DNA of 64,000 nucleotides from assembly GCA_032718475.1 (NCBI GenBank), contig JAUCBJ010005264.1:161-64160 (forward strand). Direction: 5' to 3'. This document shows positions 1 through 12,485 of the stretch, in pieces; position 1 is the first letter of the stretch; every line of letters starts with the position of its first letter. The stretch is from Nemertoderma westbladi. Taxonomy: Eukaryota; Animalia; Xenacoelomorpha. The notes beneath the pieces are model-generated. The model did no database searches and had not been told where the DNA came from. It worked only from the letters and a program-made list of their open reading frames with translations. The position numbers and the translations under genes were made by a program.

Positions 1-115
1 GTATACAGAACTAACAATTTAGGGCATCCTAAAATTAACAACCAGATACAGATATTAAAAATCAAGTTACAAAAACTACTTTCTCTAAAAAGATAAAGGA
101 TATTTATCCAAACAA

Positions 116-2034
116 ATGAATATAATCTCAACACCATTGACTAGAGTACATGCGACACTCGCAGATTGCCCCACACTTGAGAAGCTATCTGGAAGGGAGT
201 TATGGTTGAAGTTTGATGTTATCGTCGAACTTAAGAAGAATTGGCGTCATATTGATGACCCTGAATGGGGAAATATACTTTCCGATGCTCGCCAAGGCGT
301 TTGGTCTGCAGAAAGCATTGACTCTATCAATGAGAGATTCGTTACCGATGCAGGTATGTTATTTGAACAACCGTTTTGTAGACTGGTAAAAAGCCTTGGC
401 TGAGTTTTCTAATATTTATTATGAGAAACAGAAGGACAGACCACTAATTTTGTTGAAAATTACTTTATTATTTAATTGTTATTTTTTCGCTCTAATTTAC
501 CCCAAAAATTGGTAGAAATGCAAAAATACTACTTAATAAATTAAGCCACGAAAAAGAATCAGTTTTAGATTTCAATTATTAGGAATTAATAAAAGTTAAA
601 CACCATAAAAGTTGAACAATATTATTAATTATTCTCTCGATACTTTATTAACGTTTCTTTAGTTAATCTCGCTCGGTTAATAAATTACCTCGTCAATAGT
701 TTATTTTCTCAGAGGTCCGTCCGTATGTGCCACCCCCCCCCCCCCCCCCCCCCTCATTATTGGTCTCGGAGTTATGTATGTCTCGGGTGGGAAATTATTT
801 TAATTAATTTTCTTCGATAAGAAAAAAAGTATAAGAAAAAAGCTATTTTTGCCTCTAATTTTAATTGACCGAAATTCAATTATTATCAGGGTCTGCACTG
901 CACGTATTAACCCATATCATTTGTAATAATTATATAAAATCAAATAATGGATTTACTAAAAAAATACTGCTGTCGTTGGATCTCGAACCCTAACTAATAG
1001 CAAATGGTCCTGCGCTCTGCCAAATAAGCTAGAATATGATAACTTTGAGAAACAAAATGTCCTTATTGTTCTAGCGTATATATTAGCTATTTATTAATAT
1101 GATATAAAAGTAATATTCTAGAAAAATAATACTTCTTATTTCGAAGTATTTCGCGCGAATCGTTTACATAATCGTTTACATGAATCAGTTACACTTCATC
1201 AAATTATGTATTTGTTAAATTCCAGATCATTTGAATGAGGTAATTGGATCATTCGCCCCCGTTGTTGTTTCTACCAATGCCTGCCGTGTAGCTATCAACA
1301 GTAAACTTGTTGGGGCTATGGGACTGGATATTGTTCGTATTCAGGCAGTAATTACTGGCGGACTTCCAGGCATCATGAAATACATACGCGATGACCAATG
1401 TGATGGCCTTCCACCGTTGTTAGATATTTTCCTCGACATGCCAGTTATGGTCAGTTCTAACGTTGCGGTGGAACTTGGCGTAGCTAACGGAACTTTGGCG
1501 TTCGTCAGAGGAGTTCAGTTTCCCCATGGTACGACTTTTACCGATGAACCGTATGCTCCCGGACATCTCAAGATGGTGAAGCGCGCATCCTGTCTACCTG
1601 ACTTTGTTATTCTGGAACCCATGTTTACCAAGTGCCCTATTTCATTTCCAAATATCCCTGATGGTTATTTCCCACTGTCACCCATCGTCATTAAGGGTAT
1701 ATCGATTAAACTTGGACAACACCTTCAATTCCGCATAACGAATATGCGTCAGATACCCATGTCCCCAGCGTATTCGTTAACTGTATACAAAGTCCAAGGT
1801 CTGACACTTATTGTCCTAATCATTGGGCAATGGAATGCGGAGCGCTTCAGTGGCTTTAACGGCCAAGGATCCTATGTGGGGTTCTCTAGAGTTCGCTTAA
1901 AGAAGGGACTGTAGTTACTATTCCCGATCGATGAAACCATCCGGCGCCGGTGTAAGCCCACGGCCGAACAGTTGGCTGAAATAGATCGGATAAAATCCGT
2001 GGCCGGGCAGTTACCCAACGAGTTCCTGCTATAA
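116..2034 (+). pseudogene. Helitron/Helentron-type PIF1 (SF1B) helicase, C-terminal part, spliced, with premature stop
   Basis: Exon A ends at 353 (GRELWLKFDVIVELKKNWRH..DPEW..ILSDARQG; donor CAG|GTATGT, phase 1). Exon B starts at 1226 (TTCCAG|AT CAT TTG), phase-consistent. PIF1 motifs: N..R..IN, PVMV..N....GVANG, QIPMSPAYSLTVYKVQGLTL, SYVGFSRV. In-frame TAG at 1912-1914; frame continues to TAA at 2034. The first ~60 nt of the ORF may not be homologous. Confidence 0.8.
972..1032 (-). other. tRNA-like (Pol III A/B box) remnant inside the helicase intron
   Basis: Minus strand TAGCTTATTTGG ... GGTTCGAGATCC; no complete cloverleaf seen. Confidence 0.35.
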
Positions 2035-4485
2035 CGGGGACCCAAAGGGGCTGTCTCCGTGGTTCTATTATGCGTTACCATGGAAACAAGCATACTGTCC
2101 GAAATCAAACTGGCTGCCGGATAATAGTAAGTCAGAAACTTCAACACGGGAATGGGAATTTCATGGGATTGGCTGTAGGGGAGTAGGGGAGGCCAAATCC
2201 TAATTATTATATTTATTTTAATTAATGTATTGTATTCTTACGAATTGCGACATATTATTGTATATGGCATATATATTGCCACGTGTATATGGCCTAATAT
2301 AATATGTGTCGTATTTGTAAGTTTTGATATTATTTTGGTGCATTTACTGTAGAACACTCCTTGTCGTGCCGGGGCGAGGCAGTGTATTATATCTCACTTT
2401 TATATGAATGAAACCATCCATTGCAAACTGATTACTAAGAATTTTAGTACAATTTGAGAATTTAAAAACAAGAATATAACATATTCCTTTTTCGATACAT
2501 TGTCAGTTTTTGGTTGGATTAGCTCTACACTTGAACTTAACTTATTATTGGCTTCACCTAATTGAAGATACCGTATTTCTTTCCGAAATTTATACAGCAA
2601 TTGTTATACACGACAGTAACATTAAATACAATCTATTCACATTAATTTGACAAGTTTTTAAAGCTGAATTACAGAATATTTATTTGGGGGTAATTCTATT
2701 ACAGCTTCGTGTGAATAAAAACAACAAAGTTTTATATCGCGGCATTTGATAAAGTATGTCTGTTTATTTTGTTACCGGACAACAACATGTTTTCCCAGTC
2801 ACCGTTTAAGAAAAACTAATTATAATTTAAATTGTAGTATTTACAGAGACCGGTACCGGCAACTGCAGGCAATAAAATAACCAGAACTTTTGAAGGTTAT
2901 GATTAATTTTCTAAAATTAAATGTAAATAATATTGAAATTTATAATTTTATGTGGATTTTCAATTTGTTATAATTTACAAAGATTGTCAGCAGAAATACA
3001 AGAGGGGTCTAAGATAATGTTGATCAAGTGTATGGCATCCAACCACCAACCAATTGTTTTCCAGAAATATTACCATTTCAGATAGTAATCTTTCATTTAC
3101 ATGTGGATACCTTCATTCATGTTAAGTGAGTTTGAAACGATTCTGATTATTATAATTTATTATCGTTTCAATGTGTGTTTGGCGTACACGGGAATATCCA
3201 AGGGTAATGAAATTATAACAGCTCTGTTGGGAAAAGCCTTTACCTCACCGGCCATTGGCGACCCTTGTGTAGTACTGTGTGCCCTGATTTCACTGTGGCG
3301 GAGAGGTTGGTTACTCTAATCTGTAGCATGCAGGTTTTGCAGCGGAACCCTTTTTATAAATATTTTTTTAAGAGATTTAACACCACATAATATAGTGGTC
3401 AAAATTTTCCGTTGCATGACTTGTATTGTTATTGGTTGGCCTAAGCTTAATTTCGAACCACGCCTTTGGTTCGAGTTGTTAATGCTTTGCCCCGATTGTG
3501 ATCGAAGAGAGTGTTGACCCGTGAACCCATGCTGGGTTCACATGGGTTGTTGATGTTAACCCTAAAGCTCTGGCCTAAATTGACCCTTTAGGATACTTTC
3601 GCATCATCGTTCGATGCGGACCCAGTTCGATAGGTGGTGGGGAGGTGAGGCCTATTGAATTGGCTCCTATTGGTCGATTGGGCCACCTTCGGTCTCTCAC
3701 AGTGAACAAAGCCACTCAGCTTTCAAAACTTGAGTACGGCTATTTATCCCTGTATATTGTGCATAATTAATTGTGTGTATTTATTTTTATATGATAATAA
3801 TAATAATATTGGTTTGTGCGTGTAATAATTATTTGTGTATATTATTATGATATTATTTTACTGGATTACTGGACCTCTATTTTAATAAATCCGGCGATAA
3901 ATTGCGGTTAATTGAATTATATTGCAATTAATGCAATTGTAGATGATTTGTACATTAATTATGTGGATCCAAGCAAGGGCAGTAGTGGAGTGGGGCGAAC
4001 CACGAAGTTATCAAGCTTAGATAAGAGATGCACTATTGAAACCTTGTTTCTGACTGTCAGTCTCAGCTCACCTTAAGCCCCTGGTATCGAGAAATATATA
4101 CATATACTAAATGTCCCATAGACGCCATGATAAAATAGCAGCTGGTATTCATGAAAATTTCCCCCCACCCCCTCCCTGTCTCATGAACATATATCTGTCT
4201 ACTATAATAATACATCAATTGGAATTATCAATCCCCCTTATTTAAAAAATAAAAAATTTTATAATCGTACACTAGCTACCATAGATATTAATTTTACTCG
4301 CGATATTTTCGATATTTTTCATCTTGCGATATTTTTACTCTCGATATTTTTACTCGCGATATTTTTCAAGTCTAAATATTGTTCACCAATACTAACAACA
4401 CCGACATATACTAAGCTATAACAATGAAATACAGTGCTATACCGACCTATGCAATACAGAGTTATCCCGAACTACACATTAATTT

Positions 4486-4830
4486 AGATCCTAGATCCAA
4501 ACTTAGATCCTGGAAGCGAGCATCCTAGATACGATCTTAGATCCGAAAGCAACGTGAACATAGATCCTAGATGTGAACATAGATCCTGGAAGGGAACTTA
4601 GATCCTAGATATGAACTTAGATCTTGGAAGCGAACTTAGATCCTAGATGTGAACTCAGATCCTGGAAGGGAACTTAGATACTAGATATGAACTTAGATCT
4701 TGGAAGCAACACGATCTCTGATACTACTGTAGATGTGAACATAGATCCTATACACGAACTTAAATCGTAGATGCGAACTTAGATCCTGGAAACGAACTTA
4801 GATCCTAAGCACGAACTTAGATCCTGGAAA
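4486..4830. repeat. ~19-bp tandem repeat (GAACTTAGATCCTRGA...)
   Basis: Degenerate copies of gaacttagatcctggaagc / gaacttagatcctagatgt. Confidence 0.85.
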
Positions 4831-4891
4831 CGACGTACTGAATCATATTGATCGAGCCGAATAGAACTGATCAAGCCGAGTCGAGCTGACA

Positions 4892-5125
4892 GTTAACTTT
4901 GAAAGTCCTCAGCAAGTCTCTGATCGGATGAGCATAATCTCAAAGGATGGTATGCTGGAGTATGTGGACGACTTCTGTTACCTGGGATCATGGATCCTGA
5001 AGTCAGGTGAGGACCTTCGAATACGTAAGGGAAAGGCATGGGCAGCCTTGAATAGGCTTTCCAGGATTTAGAAGTCACAGAGAATTAATCGGAAACTTAA
5101 GGTCCGATTATTTAGAGCAGCAGTA
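4892..5125 (+). mobile_element. RTE-like non-LTR retrotransposon RT fragment
   Basis: Degenerate translation LEYVDDFCYLGSW...DLRIRKGKAWAALNRL..I*KS..INRKLKVRLFRAAV resembles the LINE RT C-terminal region. Confidence 0.65.
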
Positions 5126-5159
5126 GTTCCAGTAGTACTAGTAGTAGTACTACTAGTAG

Positions 5160-5512
5160 TAGAGCCCAATCAAGCCGGACTGAGCCCAATCGAGCCAGAC
5201 TGAGCCGAATAGCCCAATGAGTCGAGTCGAGTCCAATCAAGCCTTGTCGAGCCCAATTGAGCCGGACCGAGCCGAGTTGAGCCCAATCGATCAGAGTCGC
5301 GCCCAATCGAGCCGAGTCAAGCCAAGTCGAGCAGATTCAGCCGAGTCGAGCCCAATTGAGCCAGACCGAGCCGATTCAAGCCGAATCGAGCCGATTTAAC
5401 CGAATCGAGTCGGACCGAGCCGAGTCGATCCCAATCGAGTCGAGCCATGGCCTACTTAAATATTATATTTAAGTAGGCCATGGTCGAGCCCAATCGAGCC
5501 GAACCGAGCCAA
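5160..5512. repeat. Degenerate (GAGCC)n-derived repeat
   Basis: 5-bp periodic gagcc/gagtc/caatc, related to 8146-9530 and 10760-11172. Confidence 0.85.
5446..5482. mobile_element. 37-bp palindromic TIR remnant with 7-bp TSD (P-element-like footprint)
   Basis: GTCGAGC|CATGGCCTACTTAAATA-TTA-TATTTAAGTAGGCCATG|GTCGAGC: perfect 17-bp arms, direct repeats at 5439-5445 and 5483-5489. Confidence 0.7.
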
Positions 5513-5576
5513 TCGTTGTCTCTTTTATTTGAAATAAAAAGTCGGTTCCTTATCGGGCCGCTAGGCCCGTCACTAG

Positions 5577-7073
5577 TTAGGAACCGAGAGGTTCATTACT
5601 GTAAGAATTGTTAGCTGACTGACTGGCTGACTGGCTGACTGACTGGCTGATCTACAGCCAAAACTGCTCTAACGATTTTGATGAAATTTTCACAGCATCT
5701 AGATACCGCGATTCTAAGGTCCCTGGCATGATCGGCTACTCCGTCCATAGCCTCTGGGCTCGAAAAATAGACATAAACGAAAAAACGCCATAGGCGCAAT
5801 GGTGAAATAACACCAATGACAGCTGGTGTCCTGCTGAAAAATGGCTTATGTAATGGATTTCTACACAAGGCTTAGTATAAATCGATGAGGTTGCCAAGAT
5901 TATTGTACTCAGTACACCCATACTGTTTGTTTAGGCCCTAGGATACTCTGTCAAAGCAAATATTAACTGGTTGGTTTAGTTAGAAATCTATTATCGCCTC
6001 AGCTGAATTACTCTTCCCAATGCAATCTATGGAAATATCTCACTCTGCTAATGTAAGCTGAATGACTGTTACGTACACAGTGAGTTGGCTACATTAATGC
6101 CAACATTATTGCAAAATGTTTTATTGTTGGATTACTCTCTGTCAGTCACCCCTTCAGAACATTGTATAGGGAATTTACTTTAGTTTACTCTACTGTGCCA
6201 TTCAGCTGAATGGATTTGAGCGATTGCCAAGTTACAGAGTTGGATCATTCTCTGACCATAGGCAAAGACATCAAATCTTTTTAAAAATATACTTTTTCCA
6301 TGTTTTTTTTCTGACCAAAAATTTCAAAAAAAAATTTTTCGTAGCCAGTACTGCCAATCGATTCGCCATCAAAAATAACGCAAAAATTTTTTTTTGCAAA
6401 ATTTTAAATTACTGTAAATTTTTGGCGACTGGGGGGGGTCAATTTTTTTCGATCCACTATAACTCCGGAACGCTTTGTCCAAATTCGATGGGGTTTTCAT
6501 TTTTCAACTTAATTCGATGTCCTCTTTCAGCCTATCCATGTTTCCAAACCCCAAACAGCGCCGTTCAAAATTTAATTTTTTCTAGTTCTAGAATTTTACA
6601 AATTTCAAAAAAGTTGCAGTATTTTATTAACGCCTTTACGGAATTCGATAGCGTTTTCGATTTTTATATTAAACGCAATATCCTGAATCTCACTAGACTA
6701 GTTTCGCGTCACCAACGCCAAGACTTCATACTTTTTGAGGAAAATTTTTCTAGAATAATTTTTATTAAATTACATTTATCGCGATTTCTTATTACTGGTT
6801 GCACATGAATTGATGAAGTTTTCAATTTATTAACTAAACACGATATCGCGTATCGCACCAGCGTGGTTTCGAAATTCCAAAACGAGGTCTTCACTAGTTG
6901 CAGGTCGATTTTGTTCTAGAATTGAGCAACTAATAATAGATCGAATTTATTAATAATTATTGTATGAAATATGATTGTATTTTTATATAATTATTAGTTC
7001 TATACTAATTCTCGTTGTCTCTTATTAAAAATAAAAAGTCGGTTCCTTATCGGGCCGCTAGGCCCGTCACTAG
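5577..7073 (+). mobile_element. Non-autonomous Helentron (HINE/DINE-like) unit B, cargo X
   Basis: Starts TTAGGAACCGAGAGGTTC, then (CTGA/CTGG)n and core aaaactgctctaacgattttgatgaaatttt. Ends AAAAAGTCGGTTCCT + hairpin CGGGCC-GCTA-GGCCCG + TCACTAG. Confidence 0.7.
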
Positions 7074-7897
7074 TTAGGAACCGAGAGGTTCATTACTGTA
7101 AGAATTGCTCGTGGCTGACTGGCTGAAAGGCCAAAACTACTCTAACGATTTTGATGAAATTTTCACAGCGGCTGGCTGACCGGATTCTAAGGTCCCTGGT
7201 ATGTTCCGCTATTTCGTCCATGAGCCGTGGGCTCGAAAAATAGACATAAACGAAAAAACGCCATAGGCGCAATGATAAAAACACCAGCTGGCTCTCATGA
7301 AAAATGGATAGAGATAGCCTAGTAATGCTATTCTTTAGGAATGGCCACCTAACAAAGAAATGCTTTCTCTGCCAAGTATTATCCTCACTCTACAACTCAG
7401 ACAGTAAGCAAACAAAAGCCGTGCATTCTAATGTATTACATCATAAGCTGATTGCTCTCCCAATAGCCCTCACACACTCACTGAATCGAATGAAATCGAA
7501 TATCTATTAGCTTAAATGCGAATAGCTGGTAAGCTGAATGCCATTTTAGTTATTGTGTACTGTTGACTGCAGAGTTGACTGCTATGTTGTATGTATTTAA
7601 TTAAAATAATTTTCGTAGAGGGAAGTTAATTTGGGATTACTTTCTATCAGATGTAAGCAAAGCTGTTCAATGGGGTGGGTCATGGGACCCAAATATAGTA
7701 CATTATGCATGGCAAACATTAATAAAATCATTCAGTCAACCTGGAGGGTATTTGCTTAGTTAACTCTACTGTGCGAAAAACGAATTTATAATGTTACCCA
7801 TACTTCAGGTGAATGAATTTTTAGATATTTGTACTGAAGGCAACGATTTCTGATATAATTAAAATACAAGACAGGGGCTTGTTTCGATATATGTAGT

Positions 7898-8135
7898 TGC
7901 GCCCTTCTAGCAGCACGTGAGATGATCAAATAATAGACACAATGTTTGACTTTGTCCCTTCGAGCAGCACGTGAGTTTTGCTTTGACCCTTCGATATATG
8001 TATTTGCGCCCTTCGAGCAGCACGTGAATTACATCAAATAATAGACACATTGTTTGACTTTGTCCCTTCGAGCAGCACGTGAGTTTTGCTTTGACCCTTC
8101 GATATATGTATTTGCGCCCTTCGAGCAGCACGGGG
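7898..8135. repeat. ~54-bp (108-bp dimer) repeat containing CAGCACGTGAG
   Basis: cccttcgagcagcacgtgag recurs about every 54 bp; second cluster at 10545-10750. Confidence 0.85.
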
Positions 8136-8145
8136 AGTCGACTCA

Positions 8146-9530
8146 GACCGAGCCAAGCCGAGCCGAGCCGAGCCGAGCCGAGCCGAGCCGAGCCGAGCCG
8201 AGCCGAGCCGAGCCGAGCCGAGCCGAGCCGAGCCGAGCCGAGCCGAGCCGAGCCGAGCCGAGCCGAGCCGAGCCGAGCCGAGCCGAGCCGAGCCGAGCCG
8301 AGCCGAGCCGAGCCGAGCCGAGCCGAGCCGAGCCGAGCCGAGCCGAGCCGAGCCGAGCCGAGCCGAGCCGAGCCGAGCCGAGCCGAGCCGAGCCGAGCCG
8401 AGCCGAGCCGAGCCGAGCCGAGCCGAGCCGAGCCGAGCCGAGCCGAGCCGAGCCGAGCCGAGCCGAGCCGAGCCGAGCCGAGCCGAGCCGAGCCGAGCCG
8501 AGCCGAGCCGAGCCGAGCCGAGCCGAGCCGAGCCGAGCCGAGCCGAGCCGAGCCGAGCCGAGCCGAGCCGAGCCGAGCCGAGCCGAGCCGAGCCGAGCCG
8601 AGCCGAGCCGAGCCGAGCCGAGCCGAGCCGAGCCGAGCCGAGCCGAGCCGAGCCGAGCTGAGCCGAGCCTAATCGAGCCGAGCCGAGCCGAGCCGAGCCG
8701 AGCCGAGCCGAGCCGAGCTGAGCCGAGCCGAGCCGAGCCGAGCCGAGCCGAGCCGAGCCGAGCCGAGCCGAGCCGAGCCGAGCCGAGCCGAGCCGAGCCG
8801 AGCCGAGCCGAGCCGAGCCGAGCCGAGCCGAGCCGAGCCGAGCCGAGCCGAGCCGAAGCCGAGCCGAGCCGAGCCGAGCCGAGCCGAGCCGAGCCGAGCC
8901 TAATCGAGCCGAGCCGAGCCGAGCCGAGCCGAGCCGAGCCGAGCCGAGCCGAGCCGAGCCGAGCCGTGCCGAGCCGAGCCGAGCCGAGCCGGGCCGTGCC
9001 GAGCCGAGCCGAGCCGAGCCGAGCCGAGCCGTGCCGAGCCGAGCCGAGCCGAGCCGAGCCGAGCCGAGCCGAGCCGAGCCGAGCCGAGCCAAGCCGGCCG
9101 AGCCGAGCCGGCCAACCGAGCCGAGCCGAGCCGAGCCGAGCCGAGCCGAGCCGAGCCGAGCCGAGCCGAACCGAGCCGAGCCGAGCCGAGCCGAGCCGGC
9201 CGAGCCGAGCCGTGCCGAGCCATGCCGTGCCGAGCCGAGCCGAGCCGAGCCGAGCCGAGCCGAGCCGAGCCGAGCCGAGCCGAGCCGAGCCGAGCCGAGC
9301 CGAGCCGAGCCGAGCCGAGCCGAGCCAAGCCGAACCGAGCCGAACCGAGCCGAGCCGAGCCGAGCCGAGCCGAACCGAACCGAGCCGAGCCGAGCCAAAC
9401 CGAGCCGAGCCGAACCGAGCCGAGCCGAGCCGAGCCGAGCCGAGCCGAGCCGAGCCGAGCCGAGCCGAGCCGAGCCGATCAAGCCAAGTCGAACTTAATC
9501 GTGCCCAATCGTGCAAGACCGAGCCGAGCT
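8146..9530. repeat. (GAGCC)n pentanucleotide satellite, ~270 units
   Basis: Near-perfect run; source of the AEPSR/LGSAR ORFs. Confidence 0.98.
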
Positions 9531-9593
9531 CGTTGTCTCTTTTATTTGAAATAAAAAGTCGGTTCCTTATCGGGCCGCTAGGCCCGTCACTAG

Positions 9594-11174
9594 TTAGGAA
9601 CCGAGAGGTTCATTACTGTAAGAATTGTTGGCTGATTGATTGACTGGCTGACTGATCTACAGCCAAAACTACTCTAACGATTTTGATGAAATTTTCACAG
9701 CATCTAGATACCGCGATTCTAAGGTCCCTGGTATGTTCCGCTATTTCGTCCATGAGCCGTGGGCTCGAAAAATAGACATAAACGAAAAAACGCCATAGGC
9801 GCAATGATAAAAACACCAGCTGGCACTCATGAAAAATGGATAGAGATAGCCTAGTAATGCTATTCTATAGGAATGGCCACCTAACAAGGAAATGGTTTCT
9901 CTGCCAGTATTATCCTCACTCTACAACTCAGACAGTAAGCAAACAAAAGCCGTGGGATTCTAATGTATTAAATCATAAGCTGATTGCTCTCCCAATAGCC
10001 CTCACACACTCACTGAATCCAATGAAATCGAATATCTATTAGCTTAATGCGAATAGCTGGTAAGCTGAATGCCATTTTAGTTATTGTGTAGGCCTACTAC
10101 TGTTGACTGTGGAGTAGACTGCTATGTTGCATGTATTTAATTAAAATAATTTTCGTAGAGGGAAGTTAATTTGGGATTACTCTCTATCAGATGTAAGCAA
10201 AGTTGTTCAATGGGGTGGGTCATGGAACCCAAATATAGTACATTATGCATGGCAAACATTAATAAAATCATTCAGTCAACCTGACGGGTATTTGCTTTAC
10301 TTAACTACTGTGTGAAAAGCGAATTTATAATGTTACCCATACTTCAGGTAAATGAATTTTTAGATATTTTGTACTGAAGGCAAGGATTTCTGATATAATT
10401 AAAATACAAATTGATTTATTTTTATTTTATATCTATTTTATTGATAAAATAATAATATGATTTTACCGAATTTCATTTACCCCGTGTATATTATTATATT
10501 ATTATTAAAATACAAGACAGGGGCTTGTTTCGATATATGTAGTTGCGCCCTTCGAGCAGCACGTGAGTTAATCAAATATTAGACACAATGTTTGACTTTG
10601 TCCCTTCTAGCAGCACGTGAGTTTTGCTTTGACCCTTGATATATGATGTTGTGCCCTTCGAGCAGCACGTGAGTTACATCAAATAATAGACACACTGTTT
10701 GACTTTGTCCCTTCGAGCAGCACGTGAGTTTGGCTTTGACCCTTCCAGCAGCGTGTGTCAATCGAGCCGAATCATACTGATCCAGCCGAATAGAACCAAT
10801 CGAGGCGATCAAGCCGAGTCGAGCCCAATTGAGCCGAGTCAAGCCGAACGGAGCCGAGTTGAGCCCAATCAAGCTTCGTCGAGCCAGACTGAGGCGAGGC
10901 AAGCCCAATCGAGTCGAGTCGAGTCGAGCCCAATAGAGCCGAGTCGAGCCCAATCAATCCTAGTCGAGCCTAATTGAGCCGGACCGAGCCAAGTCGAGCC
11001 CAATCGATCCAGACTGAGCCAAGTTGAGACAAATCGAGCCAAGTCAAGCCCAATCAATCCCAATCGAGCCGAGTCGAGCGGATTGAGCCCAATTGAGCCA
11101 AGTCGAGCCAGACCGAGCCGAGTCGAACCCAATCGAGCCGATTTAGCCGAATCGAGCTGAGTCGAATTTCGATT
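9594..11174 (+). mobile_element. Non-autonomous Helentron unit D, cargo Y + degenerate GAGCC; 3' end missing
   Basis: Paralogous to unit C; joins unit E without the hairpin/CTAG terminus. Confidence 0.65.
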
Positions 11175-12485
11175 CGAGAGGTTCATTACTGTAAGAATTG
11201 TTAGCTGACTGGCTGACTGACTGGCTGGCTGACTGATCTACAGCCAAAACTACTCTAACGATTTTGATGAAATTTTCACAGCGGCTAGATACCGCGATTC
11301 TAAGGTCCCTGGTATGTTCCGCTATTTCGTCCATGAGCCGTGGGCTCGAAAAATGGACATAAACGAAAAAACGCCATAGGCGCAATGGTAAAATAACACC
11401 AATGACAGCTGGTGTCCTGATGAAAAATGGCTTATGTAATGCATTTCTACAGAAGGCTTAGTAATAAATCGATGAGGTTGCCAAGATTATTATACTCAGT
11501 ACACCCATACTGTTTGTATAGGCCACCACTCTCTGTCAAAGCAAACATTAACGGGTTGGTTTAGTTTGAAATCTAATATCGCCTCAGCTGAATTACTCTT
11601 CCCAATGCAACCTATGGGAATATCTCACTCTGCTAATGTAAGCTGAATGACTGTTACGTACACAGTGAGTTGGCTACATTAATGCCAACATTATTGCAAA
11701 ATGTTTTATTGTTGGATTACTCTCTGTCAGTCTCCCCTTCAGAACATTGTATAGGGAATTTACTTTAGTTTACTCTACTGTGCCATTCAGCTGAATGGAT
11801 TTGAGCGATTGCCAAGTTACAGAGTTGGATCATTCTCTGACCATAGGCAAAGACATCAAATCTTTTTAAAAATATACTTTTTCCATGTTTTTTTTTCTGA
11901 CCAAAAATTTCAAAAAAAAATTTTTCGTAGCCAGTACTGCCAATCGATTCGCCATCAAAAATAACGCAAAAAATTTTTTTTGCAAAATTTTAAATTACTG
12001 TAAATTTTTGGCGACTGGGGGGGGGGGGTCAATTTTTTTCGATCCGCTATAACTCCGGAACGCTTTGTCCAAATTCGATGGGGTTTTCCTTTTTCAACTT
12101 AATTCGATGTCCTCTTTCAGCCTATCCATGTTTCCAAACCCCAAACAGCGCCGTTCAAAAATTAATTTTTTCCAGTTCTAGAATTTTACAAATTTCAAAA
12201 AAGTTGCAGTATTTTATTAACGCCTTTACGGAATTCGATAGCGTTTTCGATTTTTATATTAAAGGCAATATCCTGAATCTCACTAGCCTAGTTTCGTGTC
12301 ACCGATGCCAAGACTTCATACTTTTGAGGAAAATTTTTCTAGAATAATTTTTATTTAATTACATTTATCGCGATTTCTTATTAATGGTTGCACATGAATT
12401 GATGGAGTTTTCAATTTATTAACTAAACACGATATCGCGCATCGCACCAGCGTGGTTTCGAAATTCCAAAACGAGGTCTTCACTA
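11175..12485 (+). mobile_element. Non-autonomous Helentron unit E, cargo X
   Basis: Near-identical to 5585-6896; similarity ends at aaaacgaggtcttcacta. Confidence 0.7.

Larger units (their letters stand above)
7074..9593 (+). mobile_element. Non-autonomous Helentron unit C, cargo Y + (GAGCC)n
   Basis: Same 5' and 3' termini as unit B; 7270-7870 is shared with unit D. Confidence 0.7.

Noticed and set aside
6224-6808. 194-aa Phe-rich ORF
   Set aside because: Lies in Helentron cargo; the paralogous copy at ~11.8-12.4 kb has frameshifts in homopolymers.
8034-9643. Long AEPSR/LGSAR ORFs (up to 529 aa)
   Set aside because: Translations of (GAGCC)n, which is stop-free in all frames.
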